Below are positions 54,999 through 64,000 of a stretch of DNA of 64,000 bases, in pieces. The translations under genes were made by a program, and so were the position numbers. The DNA lies in contig CAZRFD010000021.1 in NCBI GenBank assembly GCA_964599085.1, forward strand, positions 7,703 to 71,702, in the 5' to 3' direction. Source of the stretch: an uncultured Enterobacterales bacterium. Lineage in GTDB: Bacteria; Myxococcota_A; UBA796; UBA2385. Under the pieces are notes generated by a model, which was not told where the DNA came from, did not search any database, and was given only the letters and a program-made list of their open reading frames with translations. Positions within the stretch are counted from its first letter, which is position 1, and each line of letters starts with the position of its first letter.

Positions 54999-57293
54999 TC
55001 AGTCGGCGCGCGCCAGGTGGTTGAAGGCCGACAGGTCCCGGAACAGCGGGCCGTCGTCGTAGGTGACCCGGTAGAGCTGCCAGGTGCCCATGACGCGCTT
55101 GACGTAGTGGCGGGTCTCGCGCAGGGGGATGGACTCGACGAACTCGTCGGTGGGGCGTCCGGGGGAGGCGGCCAGCCAGCGCTCGATGTTGCCCTCGCCG
55201 GCGTTGTAGCCGGGGGTGGCGAGGTACAGGTTGCCGTCGAAGCGGCGCACGAGGCTGTCGTAGTAGTTGGCGCCGATGCGCAGGTTGGTCACCGGATCGG
55301 TGAGCTGCGCCGTCGTGATCTTCAGCCCCATCTTGCTGGCGACGTGCAGCCCCGTGCGGGGCATGAGCTGGGAGAGGCCGCGGGCGCCGGCGTGGCTGCG
55401 GGCGTCCTTGTTGAAGCTGCTCTCCTCGCGGACGAGGGCGTGGAAGATGCGGGGGTCGTAGTCGTAGTCGGCGGCGGCGTCCTGGACCTCGTCCCAGTAC
55501 AGGTCGGGGAAGGCGCGGTGCAGGATGCGGTCGCGGTCGACGCCGAGGGTCTCGGGCGGGTGGTGCAGCAGGTAGCGGTGCAGGCGATCGTGGGCGGCGA
55601 AGGGGTCGGCGAGGCCGGCCACGTCGGCGGCGACGGCGTGTTCGGAGGGCAGCAGCAGGTCATCGTCGACGGTTCCCAGCTCGGCGAGGGCTTCCTGGAC
55701 GAGGCCCAGGCGCGCCAGCGCCAGCCCCCAGCCGACGGCGGGCAGGCCCAGCCACTCGGTGCGGACCGTCCACCCGCCGCGGTCGGGCTGGGGGGCTGGA
55801 CGCCGGAGGTCGGCGAGCCGGTCCGGTGCCAGCTCGTAGAGGCGGTCGGCCGCGAGGGTGGCGTAGAAGCTGGTCGGGTACTGCGCGCAGAGCTGGGCGA
55901 GCAGGTCGATGCCGCGGGCGACGGCGTCGCCGTCCGGGTTGAACGCGCTGGGGTCGTCGACGTCGGGGTGGATGCGCCAGCGCGCCGCCCAGTACATCGC
56001 GGCCTGGACGTCGCTGGGGTCGGCGGTCAGCGGGACCTGCCAGATCATCTCTTCGGCCCAGGAGATCGCCTGCTCGGCGTCCCCCTGCAGGTAGGCGGTC
56101 CAGGCCAGGCGCCAGAAGCCCTCGCCGGCGAGGTCGCCCTGGGGATACTCGCGGACCTGCCGGGTCCACAGGTCGACGGCCTTGTCGGGCTGGCCGGCGA
56201 TCTGCCAGGCGATGCCGGCCAGTGCGTAGCCGTCGTCGGCCATGCTGTGGTCGGGGTAGCGCGCCGGGAGCTGTTCGTAGACCGCCGCGGCGTCGGCCCA
56301 GAGCTTCTTGCGCTCCAGCGCCTTGCCCGCGATGTACAGCGACCGGGCGCCCCGGTCTTCGTCGATGCCCTGGCAGCGCTCGCCGGTGGGCGCCAGCACC
56401 TCGGCGGCGCGTGTGATGTTGTTGCGCTTGTACTGGGCGCGACCGTAGGCATACCAGGCCACGCAGGCGTCGGGGCCGGCGTCGGAGGCGCCTGGGAGCA
56501 CGGGCTCCAGCAGTTCGGTCGCCGACTTCATCGCCCACGCATTCATCAAGGCGTCGCCCCGCCACGCCTTGTCCGGCGGGGTGGCGCGGTCTTCGTACAG
56601 CTTCGCGGCCTGCTTGCCCTCGTCGGTGGCCGGGTAGGAGCGGTACAGGCGCTGGAGCAGGGGAGCGGACTCGGGCGAGTCCAGGCCGTGGCGCTGGGCC
56701 AGTGCCCACAGGGCGACCGCCGACCCCGTCGCGGGGTCCGGGCGCCCGGCCAGCTCTTCGTAGACGGCCATGCTGTCGGCGGTCCGCCCCGCGTCGAACA
56801 GGGCGTGGGCTTCCGCGAGGCGCGCCCGTGGCCAGATCACGGCGGCGCGGTCGACGCGGCCGAGCAGCTGGGCCGCGGCGACGGGTTCACCGGCGGCGAG
56901 GAGCACCTCGCCCTCGGTCAGCAGGCGGTAGGGCAGGGGGGCGCTCACGCTGGTTCGCAGCACGTCCAGCAGCGGGAGCGCCTCGGCGCCGCGGTCGGCG
57001 CGCACCAGGCTCCAGGCCAGCAGGAAGGCGTGGTCCCCCAGGGCGGCACCCGGGAGGTTGGCGGGGCCATAGCCTTGCAGACCGGTGATGGCGTCGTCGT
57101 GGCGGCGCTCGGCGAGGGCCAGGGCCGTGTCGGCGTCGAGGCCGAGCACGGGCTGCCAGGCGGCGTCCGGCAGCAGCGCGGTGGCGCCGGTGGCTCCGGG
57201 CACGGGCGCGTCGAGCGCGTGGGCGGGGAGGCTGACGAGGGCGGAAGCTGGCAGGCCGAGGATGGCCAGCAGCAGGGCAGCGGGGAGCTTCAC
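54999..57293 (-). CDS. TPR-containing soluble lytic transglycosylase
   Basis: VREESSF, GARGLSQLMP, YNAG and ETRHYVKRV. Confidence 0.92.
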   Translation of the reverse strand: MKLPAALLLAILGLPASALVSLPAHALDAPVPGATGATALLPDAAWQPVLGLDADTALALAERRHDDAITGLQGYGPANLPGAALGDHAFLLAWSLVRADRGAEALPLLDVLRTSVSAPLPYRLLTEGEVLLAAGEPVAAAQLLGRVDRAAVIWPRARLAEAHALFDAGRTADSMAVYEELAGRPDPATGSAVALWALAQRHGLDSPESAPLLQRLYRSYPATDEGKQAAKLYEDRATPPDKAWRGDALMNAWAMKSATELLEPVLPGASDAGPDACVAWYAYGRAQYKRNNITRAAEVLAPTGERCQGIDEDRGARSLYIAGKALERKKLWADAAAVYEQLPARYPDHSMADDGYALAGIAWQIAGQPDKAVDLWTRQVREYPQGDLAGEGFWRLAWTAYLQGDAEQAISWAEEMIWQVPLTADPSDVQAAMYWAARWRIHPDVDDPSAFNPDGDAVARGIDLLAQLCAQYPTSFYATLAADRLYELAPDRLADLRRPAPQPDRGGWTVRTEWLGLPAVGWGLALARLGLVQEALAELGTVDDDLLLPSEHAVAADVAGLADPFAAHDRLHRYLLHHPPETLGVDRDRILHRAFPDLYWDEVQDAAADYDYDPRIFHALVREESSFNKDARSHAGARGLSQLMPRTGLHVASKMGLKITTAQLTDPVTNLRIGANYYDSLVRRFDGNLYLATPGYNAGEGNIERWLAASPGRPTDEFVESIPLRETRHYVKRVMGTWQLYRVTYDDGPLFRDLSAFNHLARAD

Positions 57294-57561
57294 GGCGGGA
57301 CGGGGGGAGGATTGGGGGAGGGGCTTGGATGGTAACGCCGGAGAGGTGCTCGGCATGCCCCGACCCCACGCGAGGGTCGGTCGTTGCTGTGGGCGGAACG
57401 GTGCTGGGCGCGATGTGCTCGTGGGGTGTCCGTAGGGGTGGCGCCGCACTCGCGGTGTGGTGGCGGCGGTGCCCGGGCCGGCGGCCCGTTGCGCGCATGA
57501 ACCAGAGAGCCGCGCGCGTAGTCGCAGAGTAGAGGATCGCCCCTCACCCCGGAGCGCCGCA

Positions 57562-58236
57562 GTGCCCGTGCTGGAAGCCTCGACCCGTCGCCGCCTCGGC
57601 CTCGTCCTGCTCGCGCTGCTCGCGGTGGTCGCCTGGGACAACGTCGTGCTGCTGCCGCTCCGCATCCTCGTCGTCGTCTTCCACGAGGCGGGCCACGCGC
57701 TGACCGCGCTGCTGACGGGCGGAGAGGTGCTGTCGATCTCGGTGTCGGCCAACGAGGGCGGCCTGACGATGACCCGCGGTGGCAGCAGCCTGTTGGTGCT
57801 CAACGGCGGCTACCTCGGCAGCCTGTTGGCGGGGGTGGCGCTTTTGTGGCTCTCGCGCAAGGACGGGCGGGGACGCGCGGTCCTCGGCATGCTCGGCCTG
57901 ATGCTCGCGACGGCGGCGCTGGCCTGGTTCCGGCCGCTGCTGTCCTTCGGCTTCTTCTACGCGGTCGCCGCCGCCGCGGTGATGCTCGGGATCGCCGCGA
58001 AGGCCTCCAGCCACGTCTCCGACTGGGTGGTGCGGGCCGTCGGCCTGTTCAGCGTGCTCTACGCCGTGCTCGACATCCGCTCGGACGTGCTCTCCCACGG
58101 TCTCGACGCCGGGCGCGTGCCTTCGGATGCGGCGATGTTGGCCCAGGCCACCGGGATACCGGCCCTGCTGTGGGGCGTTGGGTGGATGATCGTGGGTGCG
58201 CTCATCGTCTGGCGGCTGCGGGCTCGGATCTTCTAG
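57562..58236 (+). CDS. M50B-like membrane metallopeptidase
   Basis: FHEAGHAL, EGGLT, GYLG and SDA. Confidence 0.85.
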   Translation: MPVLEASTRRRLGLVLLALLAVVAWDNVVLLPLRILVVVFHEAGHALTALLTGGEVLSISVSANEGGLTMTRGGSSLLVLNGGYLGSLLAGVALLWLSRKDGRGRAVLGMLGLMLATAALAWFRPLLSFGFFYAVAAAAVMLGIAAKASSHVSDWVVRAVGLFSVLYAVLDIRSDVLSHGLDAGRVPSDAAMLAQATGIPALLWGVGWMIVGALIVWRLRARIF

Positions 58237-58308
58237 CGACGTTCGGACGCGATGCCGCCTGTCCCGCCGTCGCCTGCAGGGTAGGCTGCCAGCAGCCCCG
58301 CCGAGACC

Positions 58309-59424
58309 ATGTCCCTGCCCAAGCACTCCCGCCGCGACTTCCTCGGCCTGGCCGCCGCCGGTGTCGGGGGCCTGGTGGCACCGGCATGCGGGATGCCCGT
58401 CCCGGCCACGGCGACCCCGCTGCCAGCCAGCCGGGACGCCACCCCGCTACCGGTCCTCCCCCGGCCTGCGGGCTTCCACGCGGGGATGAACCTCGCCCAC
58501 CTGCACCGCGGCGACCTCGGCTACGGCAGCGATGCCTGCCGCCAGCAGCTCGCGCGGCTAGCTGCGCTAGGCGTCACCCACGTCGCGCTGACCCCCTTCG
58601 GCTACCTCGAGGACATCGGGTCCTGTGACTTCATCTACGGCGCATCCCTCGACCGCAGCCTGACGGATGCGCACCTCGCTCGCGCCGCCTCCGACGCGGT
58701 GTCGCTCGGCCTGAAGGTGACGATCAAGCCGCACATCTGGAGCCGCGAGTTCTGGGCCGGCGGCAAGAGCCGCCAGGACATGGCACCCACCTACGGCGAC
58801 TGGGACGCGTGGTTTGCGGCCTACACCGGCTTCGCCGAACACTACGCCCGCCTGGCACAGCAGATCGGGGCCGTGCTGTATGTCGTGGGGCTGGAGTACC
58901 TCCAGGCCACGCTCAACGCCCGGGGAGCCTGGGCCGACGTCGCCGCGGCCTGCCGCCGCCACTACGGCGGGGCGCTGACCTACGCCGCCAACTGGTGGGA
59001 GGAAGCCGACCGCTTCGCCGACTGGCGCGCCTTCGACTTCATCGGCGTGAACGCCTACCACCCGCTGAGCAAGGCCGAGGACCCCGACACCGCAGGGCTG
59101 GTCGCTGGCTGGCGGCATCACCGCGACGCGCTCGGGGCGCTCAGTGCCCGCCACGACCGGCCGCTGCTGTTCACGGAAGCCGGCCTGCAGGCGGTCCACG
59201 GGGCGGCGGCCGAGCCCTGGAACCACACCGAGGGGGGGGCCGAAGACGACGCCTTGCAGGCCCGGGCCTACGAAGCCCTGCTGTCGGCCTTCACCGGCCA
59301 GCCCTGGTTTTCGGGCGTCTACTGGTGGAAGTGGTTCACCGCCGCCCAGGGCGAGGGCCACGACCGCTACTCGCCCGCGGGGCGCCCGGCAGAGCTGGTG
59401 CTCCGCCGCTGGTGGACGGGCTAG
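58309..59424 (+). CDS. Tat-exported GH113-like glycoside hydrolase
   Basis: SRRDFL, IKPHIW, GLEY, TYAANW, IGVNAYHPL, FTEAG and WWKW. Confidence 0.82.
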   Translation: MSLPKHSRRDFLGLAAAGVGGLVAPACGMPVPATATPLPASRDATPLPVLPRPAGFHAGMNLAHLHRGDLGYGSDACRQQLARLAALGVTHVALTPFGYLEDIGSCDFIYGASLDRSLTDAHLARAASDAVSLGLKVTIKPHIWSREFWAGGKSRQDMAPTYGDWDAWFAAYTGFAEHYARLAQQIGAVLYVVGLEYLQATLNARGAWADVAAACRRHYGGALTYAANWWEEADRFADWRAFDFIGVNAYHPLSKAEDPDTAGLVAGWRHHRDALGALSARHDRPLLFTEAGLQAVHGAAAEPWNHTEGGAEDDALQARAYEALLSAFTGQPWFSGVYWWKWFTAAQGEGHDRYSPAGRPAELVLRRWWTG

Positions 59425-59455
59425 CGTTGTTCGGTGTCGCGTCAGCCGAACAACG

Positions 59456-61771
59456 CTAGAAGCCGGCGCCGAACACTCCGTACACCCGGCCGGCGCTGGA
59501 CGACCAGCCACGGGCACCGATGACGGCGTCGTCGGCCCCGTCGCCGTCGAGGTCGGCGAGGTCGAGTCCGTAGCCGGCCGCGGAGCTGCCCGAGGTCCCC
59601 AGCAGCCCCATGTCGGCGTGGGCGACGTCGGTGGTCCCCGACAGCGGGCCGAGGAAGATGAAGCCGCCGCCCGAGGCCGAGCCCACGAAGCCGTTGCCGG
59701 GCGAGCCGACGAACAGGTCGTCGGCGCCGCTGGCGTCGACGTCGCCGACCCCGACCGAGTCGTACTGGGCGCCCAGGTAGGTGCCGGAGTCGACCTCGGT
59801 GACCTTGAAGACGGCGTCGTCGGTCGTGTAGCTGCCGCTGAGGTCGCCGGCGAGCACGAACCAGGCGCCGTTGTTGGACGCGATCGTGCTGTCGTACTTG
59901 GCACCGATGGCGAGGTCGGTGGCGCCGTCGCCGTCGAAGTCACCGAGCGCGATGTCCGAACCCAGCGAGTCCGAGGCGGTGGCGTCCACGCTGACGTCGG
60001 CGTCGGTGGCGTCCACCGTTCCCGACACCGGCCCGAAGAGCACGTAGGCGGCCGTGTCGCCGCTGGTGCCCCAGGCGATGTCGTCCAGCCCGTCGCCGTC
60101 GACGTCGTCGACCGCCGCCGAGAAGCCCACGTAGTGGGCGCTGCCGGTGGCTTCGATGCGGGCGTCGGCGGTGTCCGGATCGAGCTGCCCTGACACGGGT
60201 CCGGCGAAGACGGCCAGCAGCCCGCCGGCGCTGTAGGGCGTGTCTTCGCCCGCGGCGCCGATGACGAGGTCGCCCTGGCCGTCGTGGTCGAGGTCACCGC
60301 CCACGACCACCTGGTACTGCGCGAGGTAGTCGAGGCTGGCGGTTCCCAGCACGACGGCGTCGGCGTCGACTTCGTCGGCGACGAAGGAGCCGGCGGTGGG
60401 GCCGGCGAAGACGAAGGCGCCGCCCACGCCGGAGTCGCTGCCGCTGTCGACCCCCCAGCCGGCGAACACGGCGTCGCCGTAGCCGTCGCCGGTGACGTCG
60501 GGCCCGAGTCCCACGGCATAGCCCAGGTAGTCGTTGGAGCTTGCGCCGTCGACGATCAGCAGGGCGTCGGCCAGCGAGCGGGTCGTTCCCGCAACCTCGG
60601 CGCCCACGACGAGGTAGCCGCGCCCCGCCGTCGCGGCGGTCACGTCGGCGCCGTAGGCCCCGATGGCGACATCGGGCAGGCCGTCGCCGTCGTAGTCGCC
60701 GCCCGCCGCCACCTGGTAGCCGGCGTAGTCGTTGGAGGCTTCGCCCTCCCAGAAGAGGTCGGCGTCGTCCAGCGAGAGCTGGCAGTAGACGTCGATGTCG
60801 TCGTCGCAGTTGTTGTCGATGTCGTCCCCGCAGCGCTCGAGCGCGCCCGGGTTGATGCTGTCGTCGCCATCGTTGCAGTCGCCCAGCTCTTCGGCGAAGC
60901 CCTCCGGGGCGGTGCAGGCCAGGGTGGTCTTGCCGTCGACGCCGTAGCCGTCCAGATCGACGTCTTCGTAGAAGGTCAGCGCGTCGGTGGCGGTCTCTCC
61001 GTCGACGGTGCCGTCGCAGTCGTTGTCCTGGTCGTCGCAGACCTCTTCGGCCCCCGGGTGGATGTCGGCATCGTCGTCGGCGCAGTCATCGCTGTTGCCG
61101 ACGTGGCCCTTGGGCGCGTCGCAGCCATGCGCCGTGTACAGACTGCCGCCGTAGCCGTCGCCGTCGACGTCGCCGTACCAGGTCGTGTCGGGGTTGAGGT
61201 CGGGGTCGCTGTCGTCGCAGTCGTCGCCGTTGGTGACGTAGACATCGGGCGCGCCGCAGACCTGGATGGGCACGTCGGGGTTGCCGTAGCCGTCGCCGTC
61301 TTCGTCGACGTAGTACGTCGGCGAGTCGACGGGATCGTCGTCGATCTGCCCGTCGCAGTCGTTGTCGAGGCCGTCGCACAGCTCGTCGGCGCCAGGGTAG
61401 CTGACCGCCGATGCGTCGTCGCAGTCGTCGGCGTTGTCGACCATGCCCTCTGGTTGGGTGCAGGAGATCACCGGGTAGTCGGCGTTGCCGCGGCCGTCAC
61501 CGTCGGCGTCGACGTACCAGGTCGGGCCCTCGGTCGGGGCCTCGTCCACATCGCCGTCGCAGTCGTCGTCGACGTCGTTGCACAGCTCGTCGGCGCCGGG
61601 GAAGATCGCGGCGTCGCCGTCGTTGCAGTCGACGTCGGCCGGAAAGCCGTCGGCGTCGGCGTCGTCACTGCTCGCCGCGCCTCCGGTGTCCTTGTCGCCA
61701 CAGGCGGACAGCAGGCCGGCGCAGAGCAGCGCGGTGGGCAGCCAGGGCAGGCGGCGGGTCGACCGGATCAC
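59456..61771 (-). CDS. Lipoprotein with MopE-like Cys/Asp repeats and an FG-GAP/integrin-like propeller
   Basis: LSAC lipobox; repeated DCDD..PGA.E.C..DNDCDG and GDxDGDG. Confidence 0.88.
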   Translation of the reverse strand: MIRSTRRLPWLPTALLCAGLLSACGDKDTGGAASSDDADADGFPADVDCNDGDAAIFPGADELCNDVDDDCDGDVDEAPTEGPTWYVDADGDGRGNADYPVISCTQPEGMVDNADDCDDASAVSYPGADELCDGLDNDCDGQIDDDPVDSPTYYVDEDGDGYGNPDVPIQVCGAPDVYVTNGDDCDDSDPDLNPDTTWYGDVDGDGYGGSLYTAHGCDAPKGHVGNSDDCADDDADIHPGAEEVCDDQDNDCDGTVDGETATDALTFYEDVDLDGYGVDGKTTLACTAPEGFAEELGDCNDGDDSINPGALERCGDDIDNNCDDDIDVYCQLSLDDADLFWEGEASNDYAGYQVAAGGDYDGDGLPDVAIGAYGADVTAATAGRGYLVVGAEVAGTTRSLADALLIVDGASSNDYLGYAVGLGPDVTGDGYGDAVFAGWGVDSGSDSGVGGAFVFAGPTAGSFVADEVDADAVVLGTASLDYLAQYQVVVGGDLDHDGQGDLVIGAAGEDTPYSAGGLLAVFAGPVSGQLDPDTADARIEATGSAHYVGFSAAVDDVDGDGLDDIAWGTSGDTAAYVLFGPVSGTVDATDADVSVDATASDSLGSDIALGDFDGDGATDLAIGAKYDSTIASNNGAWFVLAGDLSGSYTTDDAVFKVTEVDSGTYLGAQYDSVGVGDVDASGADDLFVGSPGNGFVGSASGGGFIFLGPLSGTTDVAHADMGLLGTSGSSAAGYGLDLADLDGDGADDAVIGARGWSSSAGRVYGVFGAGF

Positions 61772-61820
61772 GGCACCTCCATCGGTGCTCCACCATAATC
61801 CGGCCGCTGCGCCGGGCGCC

Positions 61821-63707
61821 TCATCGGCTGGTCAGCAGCGCCGAAGGCGGCACGATGAGCAGGCTGTCGGCGTCGGTGCCCGCGACGACGAGGCTGCCGA
61901 GGCCGGTGCCGTCGAGCGCTCCCATGGCCACCGTCGCGCCGTGGCCGGCGCCGGCGTCGGGGCCCTCGACGATCCGGTCGGCCAGCACGTCGACCGCTCC
62001 GCTGCCCGTGCGTTCCGGGCCGCCGAACAGCAGCCAGGCCGTGCCGTCGGCGCCGGTGCCCGGGCTTCCCAGCAGCAGGTCGTCGGCGCCGTCGCCGTCG
62101 ACGTCGAAGGTGGCCAGCCCGGCGTCGGGCCCGCCGAGCCAGGCGCCGCTTGCGGGGCCGCCGATGACGAGCCAGGCGTCGTCCGCGCCGAGGTCTCGGG
62201 ACAGGTCGACGCTGAAGACCAGGACCGCTCCGGCTTCATCGTCAGCCTGGCGGCTGCCGGCCAGGATGTCGTCGGCGCCGTCGCCGTCGACGTCGGCGAC
62301 CGCCACGCGGCTGCCGACGCCATCGCCCGCGTCGCCGTGGACCCGCCAGTCGGCGTCGGCGGTGGTCTGGCTGCTGGACAGCGGCCCCAGGAACAGCTGC
62401 AGCTCTCCCTCGCCCATCGTGCCGGTGAGCAGGTCGTCGACTCCATCCCCGTCGATGTCACCGGGGGTAGCGGCGGCGTAGCCCAGCCCCGCCGTGCTGG
62501 TCGCCGCCGTGATCGTCGCCGCGGCGAAGTCCACGCTGGTGCTGGTCTCCAGCGGGTCGGCGACGACGTAGACCGCGCCGCCGCTGCCGCTGCCCGGAGC
62601 GCCGATGACTACGTCCGGCGTCCCGTCGTCGTCCAGGTCGCCGCCGGGCTGCAGCAGCCACTGGCCCAGGAAGTCCAGGCTGTCGGCCCCGCCGATGCGC
62701 CCGTCGTAGTCCATGGGGGCGCCTTCGATGGGACCGGCGAACAGCCAGGCGCCCCCGGCTCCACTGTCGGCGAAGGGGGTGCCGGCCAGCAGGTCGGCGT
62801 GGCCGTCTCCGTCGACGTCGCCGACGCTGACCACGTGGCCGCCCTGGTCGCCGCTGTCGCCGGCCTCGATGGTCGTCAGCGGCGGCAGGCCGCGGTCGTC
62901 GAGGGGGCCGCGGGCGAACCGGACGACGCCCTGGCCATCGAGCTGCTCGGGCTGCCCCAGCACCAGGTCGGCATGCCCGTCCCCGTCGATGTCGCCGACG
63001 GCGAGATCCCGCACCTGCAGGCCCCCCACCGTCGACGCCGTCCACACCCAGGCGGCGTCCAGGTCGACAGGGCAGCCGGCGTCGTCGATGCGTCCGTTGC
63101 AGTCGCTGTCGGTGCCGCTGCAGGTCTCGGGCGCCCCGGGCCAGGCGTCGCCGTCGATGTCGTCGCAGTCGCCAGCGACGCCGGCGTAACCCTTCGGCTG
63201 TTCGCAGGCCGCCGTCACGTCCCCCTCGACCCCGAAGCCGTCACCGTCGTTGTCGGCGTACCAGGTCACTGCGTCCACGGCGTCTTCGTCGACGCTGTCG
63301 TCGCAGTCCTCGTCGACGCCGTCGCAGTGTTCCTCGGCCCCCGGGGCGATCAGCTCGCTGCTGTCATCGCAGTCGTCGGCGTTGTCGACCGTGCCCCCGG
63401 GTTGTGTGCAGCCGGTCTGGGGTGCCTCGGGGTCGCCGAAGCCGTCGCCGTCGACATCGCTCCACCAGGTGTCGCCGTCGACGGCGTCCTCGTCGACGAT
63501 GCTGTCGCAGTCGTCGTCGACGCCGTTGCAGCTCTCCGGCGCGCCGGGGAAGATCGTCGGCGCGCCATCGTCGCAGTCACCATCGGCGACGGTGAAGCCG
63601 TCGGCGTCGCGGTCGATCGAACCGCCGGTGTCGCTGGCCTTGTCGCCGCCGGGGCAGGCCAGCAGCAGCACGAGGGGGAGGCTGAGGAGGGGGTGAGGGG
63701 GACGCAT
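61821..63707 (-). CDS. Lipoprotein with MopE-like repeats and an FG-GAP propeller (tandem paralog)
   Basis: LLAC lipobox; same repeat architecture as the downstream gene. Confidence 0.88.
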   Translation of the reverse strand: MRPPHPLLSLPLVLLLACPGGDKASDTGGSIDRDADGFTVADGDCDDGAPTIFPGAPESCNGVDDDCDSIVDEDAVDGDTWWSDVDGDGFGDPEAPQTGCTQPGGTVDNADDCDDSSELIAPGAEEHCDGVDEDCDDSVDEDAVDAVTWYADNDGDGFGVEGDVTAACEQPKGYAGVAGDCDDIDGDAWPGAPETCSGTDSDCNGRIDDAGCPVDLDAAWVWTASTVGGLQVRDLAVGDIDGDGHADLVLGQPEQLDGQGVVRFARGPLDDRGLPPLTTIEAGDSGDQGGHVVSVGDVDGDGHADLLAGTPFADSGAGGAWLFAGPIEGAPMDYDGRIGGADSLDFLGQWLLQPGGDLDDDGTPDVVIGAPGSGSGGAVYVVADPLETSTSVDFAAATITAATSTAGLGYAAATPGDIDGDGVDDLLTGTMGEGELQLFLGPLSSSQTTADADWRVHGDAGDGVGSRVAVADVDGDGADDILAGSRQADDEAGAVLVFSVDLSRDLGADDAWLVIGGPASGAWLGGPDAGLATFDVDGDGADDLLLGSPGTGADGTAWLLFGGPERTGSGAVDVLADRIVEGPDAGAGHGATVAMGALDGTGLGSLVVAGTDADSLLIVPPSALLTSR

Positions 63708-63725
63708 GGGTGGTCCTGTGGGTGG

Positions 63726-64000
63726 TCAGCCATCGACCCTGTGGAGGATCCGGCAGATGCGGGTGTGCTCCTCCCAGGTCGGCCAGCCGCTCAGGGTGTG
63801 CACCTGGCGGTCCTTGCCGGCGGCGTCGCGCTGCATCGGCAGCGAGCGGGGAGGCGAGCAGGCCCGGGCACCCTCGACGAAGACGCCCGGAAAGGTTGCC
63901 GGCAGTCCGTCGATGAGGGCCCGGAAGGCCCGCAGGCTGCTGCGTTCGTCCGCACCCGGCCAGCCGACCGGGCTGGTCATGCCGGGGAGGAGGCGCAGGT
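63726..64000 (-). CDS. Hypothetical protein, C-terminal part (5' end probably outside the window)
   Basis: The frame ending at 63726 is open towards the window edge. Confidence 0.5.
   Translation of the reverse strand, partial: LRLLPGMTSPVGWPGADERSSLRAFRALIDGLPATFPGVFVEGARACSPPRSLPMQRDAAGKDRQVHTLSGWPTWEEHTRICRILHRVDG

Overview
Very GC-rich (about 70-75% by eye), gene-dense bacterial DNA. The gene repertoire (MglA, MXAN_5187-like, AgmX/PglI-like, PEGA, MopE/FG-GAP lipoproteins) suggests Myxococcota. About 60 CDS can be supported; I see no rRNA, tRNA or CRISPR array. The best candidate for an undescribed system is at 6540-12287: an MglA-family GTPase operon with two Roadblock/LC7 proteins, a DUF4388-TPR protein, an HhH protein, an ODP-type di-iron protein and an HU protein fused to an apparent RomX-like domain. 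This could be a gas/redox-sensing GTPase switch coupled to DNA. Two other loci stand out. One is a sigma54-promoter-driven atypical phosphorelay (487-6300). The other is an HUH/RAYT-like nuclease cassette (50111-51249) with its own sigma54-like promoter, a phased 22-bp palindrome array upstream and three nested hairpins downstream. There are also several apparent pseudoenzymes (ETHE1-, PGI-, RAYT- and M24-like) and a probable deletion or misassembly junction near 11990. All family assignments come from motif recognition and memory, not database searches.
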